A DNA stretch of 64,000 nucleotides from a virus, in IMG/VR virus record IMGVR_UViG_3300026097_000805, positions 115,648-179,647 of that record; one strand, 5' to 3'. Of this stretch, positions 25,448 through 35,674 are shown one piece after another (within the stretch, counting starts at the first letter, position 1; each line of letters starts with the position of its first letter). Made by a program: the position numbers and the translations under genes. The notes under the pieces were generated by a model. The model was not told the origin of the DNA. It searched no databases and saw only the letters and a list, made by a program, of their open reading frames with translations.

Positions 25448-26426
25448 TGCGTCTTGTCTCCTGTTCTATGTTGGTTGGTTGCATCTCAGGATTTGCTTCC
25501 CATTGTGCTCTGGCTTCTGCGCCAATTGAACCATCAAACGGACAAGGTGTTCCTGCCATTTCCATAGCACGATATACGTTAGGATCTTGACACATCAAAC
25601 TAACCGCCGCAACTTTCATGCCCATATTGTAGAGTGTTTTGGAGTTCTTTAGTCGCTCACAGTTCATATCGCGAACATGTCCGCCGCCTGATGCACCTAA
25701 TATCTGTGTTTGTACAGCCGCTGAATATGTCACAGTACAAGTGTCATTGCCACCCATTTGCACAGTAGGAGCAATAGCAGTTGGAGGTGGTGATTTGATA
25801 GTCTGTGTGATCTCACTAGTGTTATTATTGTTGTTGTTATTGGTATTGGTGTTTTCTGATGTACTGTCTACAGTTGTATTATTAGTATTGTTGTTTGTGT
25901 TGGTATTTGTGTTATTACTAGTCACATTACTGTTTACATTTTGATCAATAGTTTGATCAATTGTGCTGTCAGTGGTTTGATTGATTGTGCTATCGTTGGT
26001 ACTGTTGATAGTGCTGTTGTTGGTATTATTGGTGGTCTGATCAATTGTGCTGGTATTAACATTTGTGTTGGTATTGGTATTGTTTGTACCCCCACTTAAA
26101 ATATTATTATTAGTATTAATATTCGTGTTGGTGCTAGTACTATCAACGGTTGTGTTGTTAGTATTTAGATTAGTATTTGTGTTCGTGTTGGTATTTGTAC
26201 TGTTTATAGTGCTAGTATTGACATTAGTGTTGGTGTTTGTACTGTCAATAGTAGTATTGTTTGTGTTTGTGTTTGTAGAATTTACTGTACTGTTTGTTGT
26301 AGTATTGCTGTCTGTACCTACATAGCTAGAGCTGTCGTAGGTGACGCCGTCCACAACAGTCTCTGCAACTGCCGTAGTACCGTAAGTAAGTGTGATGGCT
26401 GCGACCATCCATAGCATCTTTTTCAT
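25377..26426 (-). CDS. Secreted protein with Asn/Thr-rich repeats and Cys-containing C-terminal domain
   Basis: NTNTN repeats; APT...C...C...KTL..MGMKVAAVSLMCQD...GTPCP. Confidence 0.8.
   Translation of the reverse strand: MKKMLWMVAAITLTYGTTAVAETVVDGVTYDSSSYVGTDSNTTTNSTVNSTNTNTNNTTIDSTNTNTNVNTSTINSTNTNTNTNTNLNTNNTTVDSTSTNTNINTNNNILSGGTNNTNTNTNVNTSTIDQTTNNTNNSTINSTNDSTINQTTDSTIDQTIDQNVNSNVTSNNTNTNTNNNTNNTTVDSTSENTNTNNNNNNNTSEITQTIKSPPPTAIAPTVQMGGNDTCTVTYSAAVQTQILGASGGGHVRDMNCERLKNSKTLYNMGMKVAAVSLMCQDPNVYRAMEMAGTPCPFDGSIGAEARAQWEANPEMQPTNIEQETRRNDKVEGAVQGILAAGLLTLLLGI
25830..26320 (-). repeat. Low-complexity (AAC/AAT/ACA)n coding repeats
   Basis: Imperfect NTNTNxNxxTIDST units. Confidence 0.85.
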
Positions 26427-26505
26427 CTGAAGCCCCCGAATTATAGAAGAACGCCCTCACGCTCTACTATTAGTATTTATAGCCAGAGATTGAAAATATA
26501 TAAGA

Positions 26506-28200
26506 CTATTTAATTTTGAAATTAAATCCTGCAGGGGGTTTAGTAGCGTAGAAATAACTTCCTGCTTCTAGTTTGATATCTCCGTCGAACACAGGCGGAT
26601 AAATTACATCAAACTTACTAAAACTTGCTTGATCACCTTTGGCTGTCAGTGTAGTCATAACTTGAATCATGTTAGAACTTTCAAGGACTGTGGCAAAGAA
26701 GCTGTAGGTTTGTTCTTTGTCTTCGTTGAATTTGTCAGCTACCATTCTTGCAAGGCTTGCTGTTGAATGATAGCTTACTCTATACAAAGGATGATCTGTT
26801 TTTGGTTTATAACCTGGATAATTTATGGTCATCTCGTAGAATTTGCCATTATCTATAGCCATTAATGCTTCGGCATCATTTGGATTACTTGTTAATACTT
26901 CGTATGCTTGATTAGCAACTTCTGCAGTAATTAATCCCATATCAGCTGCTAAATCAAATGCAACCTTTTTACCTGATGAAGCTTCAATAACTCTTAGTCT
27001 TGAAATGTATTCTGCATATCGTTCTTCAAAGTCTGGCACACGTTCCTTTATCACTTCTAGCTTATTATTAATAGTATCAATGATGCTTGAAATACTTGCC
27101 GCGGCACCGCCTCCCTTATCTTTTGAACTTACTCCAATTCTACTACCGTTTGGTGTGATTAAATAACTATCAACTAGTTTTTCTGCAATGTCTTCAGGAA
27201 ATTCAACCTGTGTAATACTAGTAAATTTAGTGCCTGGGTCTAACAGTCCTAATAATTGTTCTTCCGCGGCTTGAATTGAACCTGTGACATTAATACCTCT
27301 AGTGATAGCAAGGGGTGCTGCTACTTCGCCAAATTCTACTTCATAATTTGCTTTGTATTCAGGATTGATAGTAGTAGGTGCACCTCCTAAATTTTCTAGT
27401 AGTTCAACAAGCGTTGTTTGATCTTCTGGAGCAATCTTATCTTGTACACCTCTTTGAACTTCTGAAATAAGATTGTTAATAGAAATAACACGATCAGTAA
27501 TACCTACTTCTAATGGGCCAAAGTTTACATTTCCTGATCTACCTGTAGCTCCTGCCGCTCGTTTTTGTTCTAGTTCAATGCCTACAGCTTTACAATCTCT
27601 AACGAAATGCGATACCTGCCAAAAAATATGCCCGTCTGTCTTTTTAGCCGCATAGTATTTTCCGACCCATTCGCGACCTTTTTCACTTGTTAGTTCAACT
27701 ACTAGAGCAGCGAAGCCCGTGCTAGGTTTTTGGCCTCCTGTCCACTTAATAGTGTCAACATTCATACCAGTTGCTTCTTTTAGTTCTGCGGCAAATTGTT
27801 CTTCTGGATCTGCTGATGACACACCTTTGTTTTCTAATTCTTGTAGTGCAGCATCTGAAAGGAAGTTAATATTGCTAGTTGCAATTTTTTGTAAATCGCT
27901 AGGATTGCTAGTTTGTAGGATATTATCTATTTCGCTTTGTAGTGCTGAATCTAGTTCTGTTGCATTGTTAAACTTTGCTTGTAGTTGTTTGATATATCCT
28001 GGCGATAGTGTAGAAGACGCATACTTTAATGTTCTTTCGTCAGTAGGAAATTTCCATGCATTAGTTGCTTGCACAACAGTACCATCTGGCTTAGTAAAGC
28101 TAGCACCGCGGCCGCCTTGTGTATCAATAACTGTGCCTATGATACCACGATTGGCTTCAAAAAGTTTCTGTTCTACTAATCTAAATTCACGATAACGCAT
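26506..28200 (-). CDS. Large putative internal head protein
   Basis: N-terminus MRYREFRLVE resembles a capsid-targeting sequence; late-type promoter motif upstream. Confidence 0.6.
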   Translation of the reverse strand: MRYREFRLVEQKLFEANRGIIGTVIDTQGGRGASFTKPDGTVVQATNAWKFPTDERTLKYASSTLSPGYIKQLQAKFNNATELDSALQSEIDNILQTSNPSDLQKIATSNINFLSDAALQELENKGVSSADPEEQFAAELKEATGMNVDTIKWTGGQKPSTGFAALVVELTSEKGREWVGKYYAAKKTDGHIFWQVSHFVRDCKAVGIELEQKRAAGATGRSGNVNFGPLEVGITDRVISINNLISEVQRGVQDKIAPEDQTTLVELLENLGGAPTTINPEYKANYEVEFGEVAAPLAITRGINVTGSIQAAEEQLLGLLDPGTKFTSITQVEFPEDIAEKLVDSYLITPNGSRIGVSSKDKGGGAAASISSIIDTINNKLEVIKERVPDFEERYAEYISRLRVIEASSGKKVAFDLAADMGLITAEVANQAYEVLTSNPNDAEALMAIDNGKFYEMTINYPGYKPKTDHPLYRVSYHSTASLARMVADKFNEDKEQTYSFFATVLESSNMIQVMTTLTAKGDQASFSKFDVIYPPVFDGDIKLEAGSYFYATKPPAGFNFKIK

Positions 28201-28223
28201 ACTAATTCCCTACTTTGAAGTAT

Positions 28224-28916
28224 TTATGCTACTTTAGGAAACAACATGTCTCTACAGAACAAGTCAACGTCCTCTTCTGGCAAGCCTAGGCTTTTCATTG
28301 TACGAGGAGTGTGCGGATTTTGTTGCTGGTTGTGTGCATAATAGTTTTGTGATGCAATAACTAAGTCTCTATCCCCAAAGCCCACAAACTCAGGTGCTTC
28401 TTCGAGGTAAGCACGTAGATTATCTAGTGCTAGTTCTATAATTGCAACTGCTTCTTCTTCAGTGTTTACATTGCCTGCGGCTAGCATATGATCTGAAAAG
28501 ATGTTGCGAGCCCATTCAGGTAGTTCACGCTTTTTCTTTGGAATAAACTCTGCTACACTTTCTGCATAACCTTCCATCATAGGATGTTCTGGGTTTGCAC
28601 TTGCACTAAAGTCAAGGAATGCCCCTGTCATTTTGTTCTTACCAGCGATAACATCAAATCCAAAGATAGGTGCATCACTGTTTAGCACAGGCATACAAGT
28701 CACATGCATCATCCAAAGGCCCTTTGAATCTCTTGCGTCAACTACATCGATGTGTGCTCGTCTCACACTATTGTTTTGCCATGTACGATTGATCCAACCA
28801 CTGCCTGGCTTGTTAAAATTTTCCAGTCCTGGCTCTTTATATTCTACAGCATAGTGGTCAAACAGATTGATAATTTCTTTCTGGCATTCTATAAGCTTAG
28901 TCCAGATAATGCTCAA
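28224..28916 (-). CDS. pcyX: Ferredoxin-dependent bilin reductase (PcyA/PcyX family)
   Basis: WINRTW, RRAHIDVVDAR, LWMMH, PIFGFDVIAG, QQQNPHTPRTM. Confidence 0.85.
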   Translation of the reverse strand: MSIIWTKLIECQKEIINLFDHYAVEYKEPGLENFNKPGSGWINRTWQNNSVRRAHIDVVDARDSKGLWMMHVTCMPVLNSDAPIFGFDVIAGKNKMTGAFLDFSASANPEHPMMEGYAESVAEFIPKKKRELPEWARNIFSDHMLAAGNVNTEEEAVAIIELALDNLRAYLEEAPEFVGFGDRDLVIASQNYYAHNQQQNPHTPRTMKSLGLPEEDVDLFCRDMLFPKVA

Positions 28917-29457
28917 TGTCTAACTCCATTAGTTCTTGAAATAATTTTGTGCTAAATTCAAAACATCTACGAGCTTCGTCTGCCATGCCGTCGTGTGTTT
29001 TTGCTCTGATTGCTTCTTTTGTACTAGCAATATCACCTTCGAACTTGTACATACGTCCTTCACCTGGAGCCTTGCGAGCAATCATTTGTCCGCCGCTTAG
29101 ATCGCCCATATGTAGAACATAAATGTGTGCCATAATAGCATCAGGATCTTGTAATTTGTCTTTCATATGAGTCATAAATTCGTCAGTGCTCGGCAATACT
29201 ACAGGTGCTTCTTTTCGGTTCCATAGTTCAAGAAAATCTTGCTCAATAGCTATTTTCCTACGTATGTCAATTGGCAAGTCTGCTAGTAATCCGTGTGCTG
29301 TTGCAAGCGCCTCGATTAAATCATATTTTTTATGTTGGTTCCAAAGATATGTAGCATAAAATTCAGGGTTAATGCGGCCGCTCATTAACACCTTAACAAA
29401 TGCCTGCCGTTCTGCATCTGTGTGTTGTTCTTTAGTAAGTTCTTTTAAATTACTCAT
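28897..29457 (-). CDS. Heme oxygenase (HemO/Ho1-like)
   Basis: LKELTKEQHTDAE, AHIYVLHMGDLSGGQMI. Confidence 0.92.
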   Translation of the reverse strand: MSNLKELTKEQHTDAERQAFVKVLMSGRINPEFYATYLWNQHKKYDLIEALATAHGLLADLPIDIRRKIAIEQDFLELWNRKEAPVVLPSTDEFMTHMKDKLQDPDAIMAHIYVLHMGDLSGGQMIARKAPGEGRMYKFEGDIASTKEAIRAKTHDGMADEARRCFEFSTKLFQELMELDIEHYLD

Positions 29458-29768
29458 TCTGTTTCCATTTTAATTACAAGAGGAAAGCCATTTTCTCTAC
29501 TAGCTGTAATTGCTTCTGCTGTTTTTTGTTCTGCTATTTCGTATGTATACACACCTACTACTCCAGAACCTTCATTGTGAATCGTAAGAGTAATTTTTTC
29601 AGCAGTCTCTTGACTGTGTTTAAAAATAGTTGTTAATAGACCGATTACCCATTCCATTGGAGTTTTTTCATCGTTAAGCATTATAATTTTATATTTTTTT
29701 GGTTCTTCAATATCTTTTTCAATCTTTTCATCTATCTTGATATCTTCTAAAATATCTACATCACTCAT
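29454..29768 (-). CDS. clpS: ATP-dependent Clp protease adaptor
   Basis: MLNDEKTPMEWV, IHNEGSGVVG, FPL. Confidence 0.93.
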   Translation of the reverse strand: MSDVDILEDIKIDEKIEKDIEEPKKYKIIMLNDEKTPMEWVIGLLTTIFKHSQETAEKITLTIHNEGSGVVGVYTYEIAEQKTAEAITASRENGFPLVIKMETE

Positions 29769-29787
29769 TGTTATCCCCTTTAGTGCA

Positions 29788-29812
29788 AAAAATGGGGGAG
29801 CTTAACTCCCCC
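29788..29812 (-). terminator. Intrinsic terminator after hsp20
   Basis: GGGGGAG-TTAAG-CTCCCCC followed by ATTTTTT. Confidence 0.75.
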
Positions 29813-29821
29813 TAGACTCGA

Positions 29822-30292
29822 TTACTCGCCGTCGGTGTCAATTGCTTCTTGTACATGACCATTCCAGTCAGTAATAGCAATCTTTTTAGGTTGTAGTTCT
29901 TCTGGTACTTCACGCTTAAGGTGTACATTAAGCATACCTAAGTCAAGGCCAGCACTTACTACTTCTACATGGTCAGCTAGTGTAAACTCTCTACGGAAGT
30001 TGCGTCCACCGATTCCTTTGTGTAGATAGTTTACATGTTCATCGCCTTTCGGAGATGTACCTTCAATACGAAGAATGTTCTTATCTTTAGTCACGTCTAA
30101 ATTATCCATACCAAAGCCTGCGACAGCTATACTAATCATGTATTCGTCGTCGTTAATTTGCGCTATGTTGTATGGTGGATAACCGTTTGACTGTGAATTA
30201 GCAAAGTTTCTTTCTAATTCGTCGAACATTCTATCAAAGCCAATAGTTGCTCTGTGGAATTGAGGTAGGTCTAGAGTTGTTAGTCTTGTCAT
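29822..30292 (-). CDS. ibpA: Small heat-shock protein (Hsp20/IbpA)
   Basis: IGFDRMF, YPPYNI, AVAGF, YLHKGI..R.F.R.F.LA. Confidence 0.93.
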   Translation of the reverse strand: MTRLTTLDLPQFHRATIGFDRMFDELERNFANSQSNGYPPYNIAQINDDEYMISIAVAGFGMDNLDVTKDKNILRIEGTSPKGDEHVNYLHKGIGGRNFRREFTLADHVEVVSAGLDLGMLNVHLKREVPEELQPKKIAITDWNGHVQEAIDTDGE

Positions 30293-30357
30293 TTTGTTTC
30301 TCCTTTATAAAAGCAAGATTAATGTAATGTAGAACCCTTTCGGCATCCTACATTACT
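30293..30357 (-). promoter_or_regulatory. ROSE-like RNA thermometer in hsp20 5' UTR
   Basis: UCUUGCUU pairs over AAGGAGA (SD) with bulged G; a second hairpin lies upstream. Confidence 0.7.
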
Positions 30358-30394
30358 ATTTATACACAGAATTATCTAAACTGTCAAGTTTTGA

Positions 30395-31450
30395 CTAGAC
30401 AATCAGTGTAATTCCGCCAGCGCCTACTAGCAACACTGCCCATAATCCTAGGGCACTAAGATAACGCTTCCACGGTGTACCAAAGTATAGTTTACCGATT
30501 GCCATGCACTTGTGGGCAGGCGATATCAAGTATCCTACATAGTCGAGAGCAAAGAACCATACAAAGTATTCTATACCGTAAATAAGTGATAGAATGGTAG
30601 TAATGGCTGCAAATCTACTAGAAGAGCCAAACGCAAATGCAGCTCCAAAAGAGAACGCACTTAGTGTTAAAAAACCTTCTAGGGTGTTAATATCTAACAT
30701 TGTGTTTTCGAAGTACGAATTAACATCATCAGTATATTGTCTAGTAACATTTGCCAAGACAATAATAACACCTACCCAAGCAATCATTTTCCAATCAACA
30801 TACGAGAACAACTTTTTATAGTCCCATGTTGTAGTGAGTGTCATGTAATATATCAATAACCCTCCAAATGCCATCCATGGGTCAACACCTGCTACAGGTT
30901 TAAGTGCTAGCGCAATCGCAATCAAGAAGGGAAATACATTTCTAATTATATTAGAAATCTTATAGTGTCCTTTTTGGACATTTAATTGTATGTCGTCTTC
31001 TTTTACTGCAAACATAATATAACAGAACACTAATCCTAGTGATACTATCAACAATGGCAATAATTGAAATACTACAGCACCGTAGCCTATACCAAACGCA
31101 GCCATTGGGATAAGAATAGTCTTTTCCAAAGGCGACCACACATAGTAGTGGTGTGTTGATAGGTAATCAATAATACCAAATTTCTCTCGTCCTGGTTGTC
31201 CTTTGGGAGGAGCCAGTGTGTCTAGCATGCCAGCTGAAACTGTAACACGGCCGCTAATGGGGAGAATACCTGTAAATGCGCTCATTAGTGCAACAATTAC
31301 TCGCTTTGATTTAAACACCTTTTGAATGTAGGCATATGCACCTGCAAACAATTGATATTCTTTAATCAATCCAACAATCATCATAATAAACACAAAAAAC
31401 AGAAGATATTCTTGCCCCTTGTACAGCAAGTTTATATTTTCCAAGGTCAT
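30395..31450 (-). CDS. Polytopic membrane transporter-like protein
   Basis: About 9-10 TM segments; LPISGR motif. Confidence 0.7.
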   Translation of the reverse strand: MTLENINLLYKGQEYLLFFVFIMMIVGLIKEYQLFAGAYAYIQKVFKSKRVIVALMSAFTGILPISGRVTVSAGMLDTLAPPKGQPGREKFGIIDYLSTHHYYVWSPLEKTILIPMAAFGIGYGAVVFQLLPLLIVSLGLVFCYIMFAVKEDDIQLNVQKGHYKISNIIRNVFPFLIAIALALKPVAGVDPWMAFGGLLIYYMTLTTTWDYKKLFSYVDWKMIAWVGVIIVLANVTRQYTDDVNSYFENTMLDINTLEGFLTLSAFSFGAAFAFGSSSRFAAITTILSLIYGIEYFVWFFALDYVGYLISPAHKCMAIGKLYFGTPWKRYLSALGLWAVLLVGAGGITLIV

Positions 31451-31461
31451 TTTATTTCCTT

Positions 31462-32610
31462 CTATTTTCCTATTGTATTAGACTCATAAACCCTATTATG
31501 AGTCTGAGTACAACGAACAAACGTTGTACACTTACTTAGATGCTTCAATTTGATAGCACCCGCATACGTACAAGTACTGCGTACTCCACCGAGTACATCT
31601 TGTACAGTATTCTCTACTGCGCCGCGATATGGTACTAGCACAGTTCGTCCTTCTGACGAGCGATAATCTTTTAACCCGCCAAAATGCTTTTCATTTGCAC
31701 TTTCACTACTCATACCGTAGAACTGTACAAACTGTTTTTCTTCAATCTTACGATGCCATTTAGTTTGACTGATAGGATTGCGTTCAAGTTCGTTGGTCTT
31801 GTAGCGTTTTGTAATCACTTCGCCGCCGCCTTCATCGTGTCCGGCCAGCATACCGCCTAACATTACAAAGTCTGCACCTGCGGCAAACGCCTTAGCAACA
31901 TCGCCAGGGCAAGTGCAACCGCCGTCAGCGATAATGTGGCCACCCAAACCGTGGGCTGCATCGGCACACTCAATGACAGCTGATAGCTGAGGATAACCAA
32001 CCCCAGTTTGAATCCGTGTAGTACATACACTCCCAGGGCCAATACCCACTTTAACAATATCTGCACCAGCAAGAATAAGTTCCTCCGTCATTTCGCCTGT
32101 CACAACATTTCCAGCGATGATTACAATATGTGGATACTGTTGTCTAAAACGTGCTACAAAGTCACGGAATCTGTTGCTGTATCCATTAGCAACATCAATG
32201 CAAACATATTTTAGATTACCGTCTGCTTGCTCGTATACACTACGAAACTTCATTTCGTCTTTGTCAGTAATACCAATACTCATAGCAACATGATTGGTGC
32301 GTAGATACTCGTCTGTGTCGTAGAAGTCCACAAGCTCGTCTACCGTATAAGTTTTAACTAGACATGTAAACATACCCAATCGTGCTAGATCGTCTGCCAT
32401 AGCAAACGTACCAACACCGTCCATGTTAGCAGCCATAATCGGAATGCCACGCCAGTGTTCGTCTTCAATATTGTCAGGAAAGTCTGGTGTCCAATTGCGC
32501 CAAGCATAACCTCTGTGTAGTTGCACTTCTTTACGACTACCTAAAGTGCTACGCTTTGGGCGGATCAGTACATCCTTGTAATCTAATTTGATATCTTCTT
32601 CTAGTCTCAT
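31462..32610 (-). CDS. guaC: GMP reductase
   Basis: [46 protein letters not shown]. Confidence 0.96.
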   Translation of the reverse strand: MRLEEDIKLDYKDVLIRPKRSTLGSRKEVQLHRGYAWRNWTPDFPDNIEDEHWRGIPIMAANMDGVGTFAMADDLARLGMFTCLVKTYTVDELVDFYDTDEYLRTNHVAMSIGITDKDEMKFRSVYEQADGNLKYVCIDVANGYSNRFRDFVARFRQQYPHIVIIAGNVVTGEMTEELILAGADIVKVGIGPGSVCTTRIQTGVGYPQLSAVIECADAAHGLGGHIIADGGCTCPGDVAKAFAAGADFVMLGGMLAGHDEGGGEVITKRYKTNELERNPISQTKWHRKIEEKQFVQFYGMSSESANEKHFGGLKDYRSSEGRTVLVPYRGAVENTVQDVLGGVRSTCTYAGAIKLKHLSKCTTFVRCTQTHNRVYESNTIGK

Positions 32611-33185
32611 GTTTTTTCACCATAATTAAACGAAATACTAATTCTGTCTGTATTAGATCTATTACCTTCAACACTATGCTTTAACCAACTAGGAAAAACA
32701 TAAAGAGCGCCAGTTTTACAAGCATAGGTTGCCCGAGTGCTTGTATAATAAGTCGCCTTTTCTACATAATCTGGAATATGATATTCAGCACCGTCGGATC
32801 TTTCAAACTGTATGTTGCCTTGATGATTGCTAGCATCTACATAATAAACTCCGCTGAACACACTACCTACATGATTATGTAGATGATTGTATGCTCCAGG
32901 AGGATTAATGTTTAACCAAATATTATAAAGTTCAACTTCTGGTAATCCTACTTGTTTTGCACAAGCGGCCAGTTCTTTATCTAGATGTTCAACTAATTTG
33001 TCAATTTCTTCGCATTGATTAGGCATGATATCAGAGCTTTGAAAGCCGTTGTAATTACTTACAGTTCGACCAATATCGTTCTTTTTTCTATCATAGGCCC
33101 AATGTTTTAGAGCTTTATTGTCAATCATATGTATAACAGCACTCCAAATTACACTTGGAAACCACAACTCTGTGTGCATGGCCAT
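32607..33185 (-). CDS. 2OG-Fe(II) oxygenase (TIGR02466-like)
   Basis: [32 protein letters not shown]. Confidence 0.85.
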   Translation of the reverse strand: MAMHTELWFPSVIWSAVIHMIDNKALKHWAYDRKKNDIGRTVSNYNGFQSSDIMPNQCEEIDKLVEHLDKELAACAKQVGLPEVELYNIWLNINPPGAYNHLHNHVGSVFSGVYYVDASNHQGNIQFERSDGAEYHIPDYVEKATYYTSTRATYACKTGALYVFPSWLKHSVEGNRSNTDRISISFNYGEKT

Positions 33186-33428
33186 TTACTTGATCCCGCG
33201 ATCTTGTTCCATTTTGCGTTGTTTTTTGAGCCAACGAGCGCGACCGGCAGCCTTTTCTTTTTTACGTCTTTCACTTGGCTTTACATAAGCCTGACGCTCA
33301 CGGATTTCCTGAATGACTCCTGCTTCTTGGACAATTTTTTTAAATCGTCTAAGAGCGCCATTAAAGTCTCCGTTGCGGACTTCTACCGATAGTCCTTTAA
33401 TAATATCGTTATTCTGCTTGCGTTTCAA
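33186..33428 (-). CDS. rpsU: Ribosomal protein bS21
   Basis: GALRRFKK...YVKPSERRKKEKAAGRAR; TTG start after GGAGG. Confidence 0.9.
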   Translation of the reverse strand: MKRKQNNDIIKGLSVEVRNGDFNGALRRFKKIVQEAGVIQEIRERQAYVKPSERRKKEKAAGRARWLKKQRKMEQDRGIK

Positions 33429-33810
33429 GGTTGCCTCCAATTTTATCTGCAAAGTAATCCAAGCTATATATTCTTTTATTACTAATCTTAGTATAAAACA
33501 TCTGCTCGGCATTTGTCAACCAGTAAGTTTTAGGATCAGCAATAAAATACGAAACAAGATCCTTTATCTCTGCAGGACAATTGTCTACATCGAGTATAGT
33601 ATAATCTGCAATCTTATGTGTACTAAGTAGCCAGTCTATTTCATGTACGTCAGATAGACTTTCGTACAAGTATACATTAAAAGATTGTGTGTTATTTTGG
33701 AGTAAAAAGTTAAATTGTTCTTTTATAACTTTACTAGGATAAATTAACAAAAAACTTATTGCATTATTAAAAAGTCTGTCGGGTGCGGTGATAAGATTAA
33801 TATCAGCCAT
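33409..33810 (-). CDS. Hypothetical protein
   Basis: 133-aa ORF. Confidence 0.7.
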   Translation of the reverse strand: MADINLITAPDRLFNNAISFLLIYPSKVIKEQFNFLLQNNTQSFNVYLYESLSDVHEIDWLLSTHKIADYTILDVDNCPAEIKDLVSYFIADPKTYWLTNAEQMFYTKISNKRIYSLDYFADKIGGNLETQAE

Positions 33811-33897
33811 TACGTATCCTACTCCATATACTATTGGGATTTTGTTCGCTGTTTTGTATATAACCGTCTGGCTCTATAACTTCTGTGAGATCTGGTT

Positions 33898-35640
33898 TTA
33901 CTCTGAAGTTTTGCGTATTTGATGATTGCCCTGTTTCATTATGTAAGTCTTTTTTTTAGAGTCAACACGATCTTCCCAGGGCAGGCTGTCTATTTCGCCA
34001 TTTATATAAAGATCTTTATATTCTTTAAGAGTCTCATTAGGATTATCTTCTTTCCATGAACGTTTGGCTTCGCTCCAAGTAATATCGTTCTCCTGAGCTT
34101 GTAATTCTTGAGTTCTAACTTCTTTTAACTCTTCCGATAACTCTATATCTTTTTTTTCGACAGAGTCTTCTTGAATATATTGCTGTGCTATTTCGGATTT
34201 TTCATCTTGCGTAAGATCGTCTTCTTGGTCCATTGGAACTGGTTTCGTATCTCCCGGATCCTCTCCAGGAGTAAATCCGTCTCCGTCACTTGTTTCTGTG
34301 GTATCACCGGAGCCCTCTTTCTCGGTGGTAGCATCTACTTCCTCCTCTTCCTCAATATCATCAGACGTATTGTCCTTATCCGTAGATACAGGATCATCAA
34401 ATGTAAATCCATGATTGTCAACTATGCGCTGTGCCCTTGCTTGCTCGTATTCTTGCCGAAGACTTTCACCGTCGTCATCTTTGCGGGATTTCCTCCACTC
34501 AAAGGTATATTGGCTAGCAATAAGTAATAAGACTGCTAGCGGATCAAATACTATAATAATTACAATAATAACCCAGCGTACTGCTTCTTCTAGTAGATTG
34601 TTGTCAGCAGTTTCGCCATAGATAAATTCTGCAATATATTTTACAGGTCCAACTTCTGCTTCTAGTTTTCTATACTCTGCTTCTAGTTGGAACTTTTGCT
34701 CAAACAGTGCGTCAATCTCAGATGATGCGGTTCGAACACGTTCGTTTTGTTCATCCAGCATCGCTTGGAGATCGTTTCCATCATTGGACTTCAATTGATT
34801 GCGTAGGTTGTTGATCAGTGCATTTGATTCTGCAATCTGTTCGTCTGCGCCTGCACGTAGTCTTGTGATTTCTTCACGTGCCGCTAATACTGTAGTGCTT
34901 TGTGCGGCATCTTGTATCTTCTGGAGCCATTCGTTGCGCTCTGCACGTTTGTCTTCTTGGAACTGTGTGAATGCTCTTGCTGTAGCAGGACCATAGTCTC
35001 CATCAACTGCTGTACCCACCATTGCTTGGGCTCGTTCAATTTCGTCATTGTCAATAAAGCCTTGCAGTCTAGCAAGCTCCTCGTCAATGCGATCTAGTTC
35101 TGTTTGGAATAGTGCAGTCACACCTGCAATGATTTGATTCTGCTCATCAATAGCAGGTTGAATACGATCATATGCTCCTGCAATACGCTCTTGTTCTCTA
35201 TCAATTTGCGTTTGCAGTTGATTGGTTGCACCTGTACCACTGGTTTCAAGTTCTTCAATTTTAGTTTCTGCTCGTGCAATAATTTGCTCGTTGCGATTGA
35301 TTTCTGCTTCGATACGCTCTAGCTGTGCTACGCCTTCACCTGCACTTGCTGTTTGTTCAATGTGTGCTTTTGATAGGAAGCCGAAGATACCCATGCTTGT
35401 GATAAACATAAGCACAACCACTGCTGTTGTTAGGTAAGTCTTTAACCACCATGTTGCTTGCTTCCAATACTTGTGTAGCCAAACTGCTGTGACAAGTTTG
35501 CCTATCTCAAGTGCGCCACCCATAATCATAATGGGGATAGCTGCCGCGGCAAAAATAGTCATAAGACCTGCCACGGAGTAATATATTGCTACAGCACTGA
35601 TCGCTAGTGCTGTTATTAGTGTGAGTATACCTAAAAACAT
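33898..35640 (-). CDS. Membrane coiled-coil protein with peptidoglycan-binding-like motif
   Basis: N-terminal TMs, VDGDYGPAT motif, acidic tail; start MFLGIL. Confidence 0.75.
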   Translation of the reverse strand: MFLGILTLITALAISAVAIYYSVAGLMTIFAAAAIPIMIMGGALEIGKLVTAVWLHKYWKQATWWLKTYLTTAVVVLMFITSMGIFGFLSKAHIEQTASAGEGVAQLERIEAEINRNEQIIARAETKIEELETSGTGATNQLQTQIDREQERIAGAYDRIQPAIDEQNQIIAGVTALFQTELDRIDEELARLQGFIDNDEIERAQAMVGTAVDGDYGPATARAFTQFQEDKRAERNEWLQKIQDAAQSTTVLAAREEITRLRAGADEQIAESNALINNLRNQLKSNDGNDLQAMLDEQNERVRTASSEIDALFEQKFQLEAEYRKLEAEVGPVKYIAEFIYGETADNNLLEEAVRWVIIVIIIVFDPLAVLLLIASQYTFEWRKSRKDDDGESLRQEYEQARAQRIVDNHGFTFDDPVSTDKDNTSDDIEEEEEVDATTEKEGSGDTTETSDGDGFTPGEDPGDTKPVPMDQEDDLTQDEKSEIAQQYIQEDSVEKKDIELSEELKEVRTQELQAQENDITWSEAKRSWKEDNPNETLKEYKDLYINGEIDSLPWEDRVDSKKKTYIMKQGNHQIRKTSE

Positions 35641-35674
35641 AACGTATTTATTGCCTTTGCTATCGATAATGCAC

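Noticed and set aside
25830-26320. Possible CRISPR array or DNA tandem repeat
   Set aside because: Imperfect codon-level repeats inside a CDS, with no constant repeat/unique spacer structure.
23358-26325. Long plus-strand ORFs (e.g. 23841-24407, 25639-25944, 26047-26325)
   Set aside because: Antisense shadows of low-complexity Thr/Asn/Ala-rich genes, which lack stop codons on the opposite strand.
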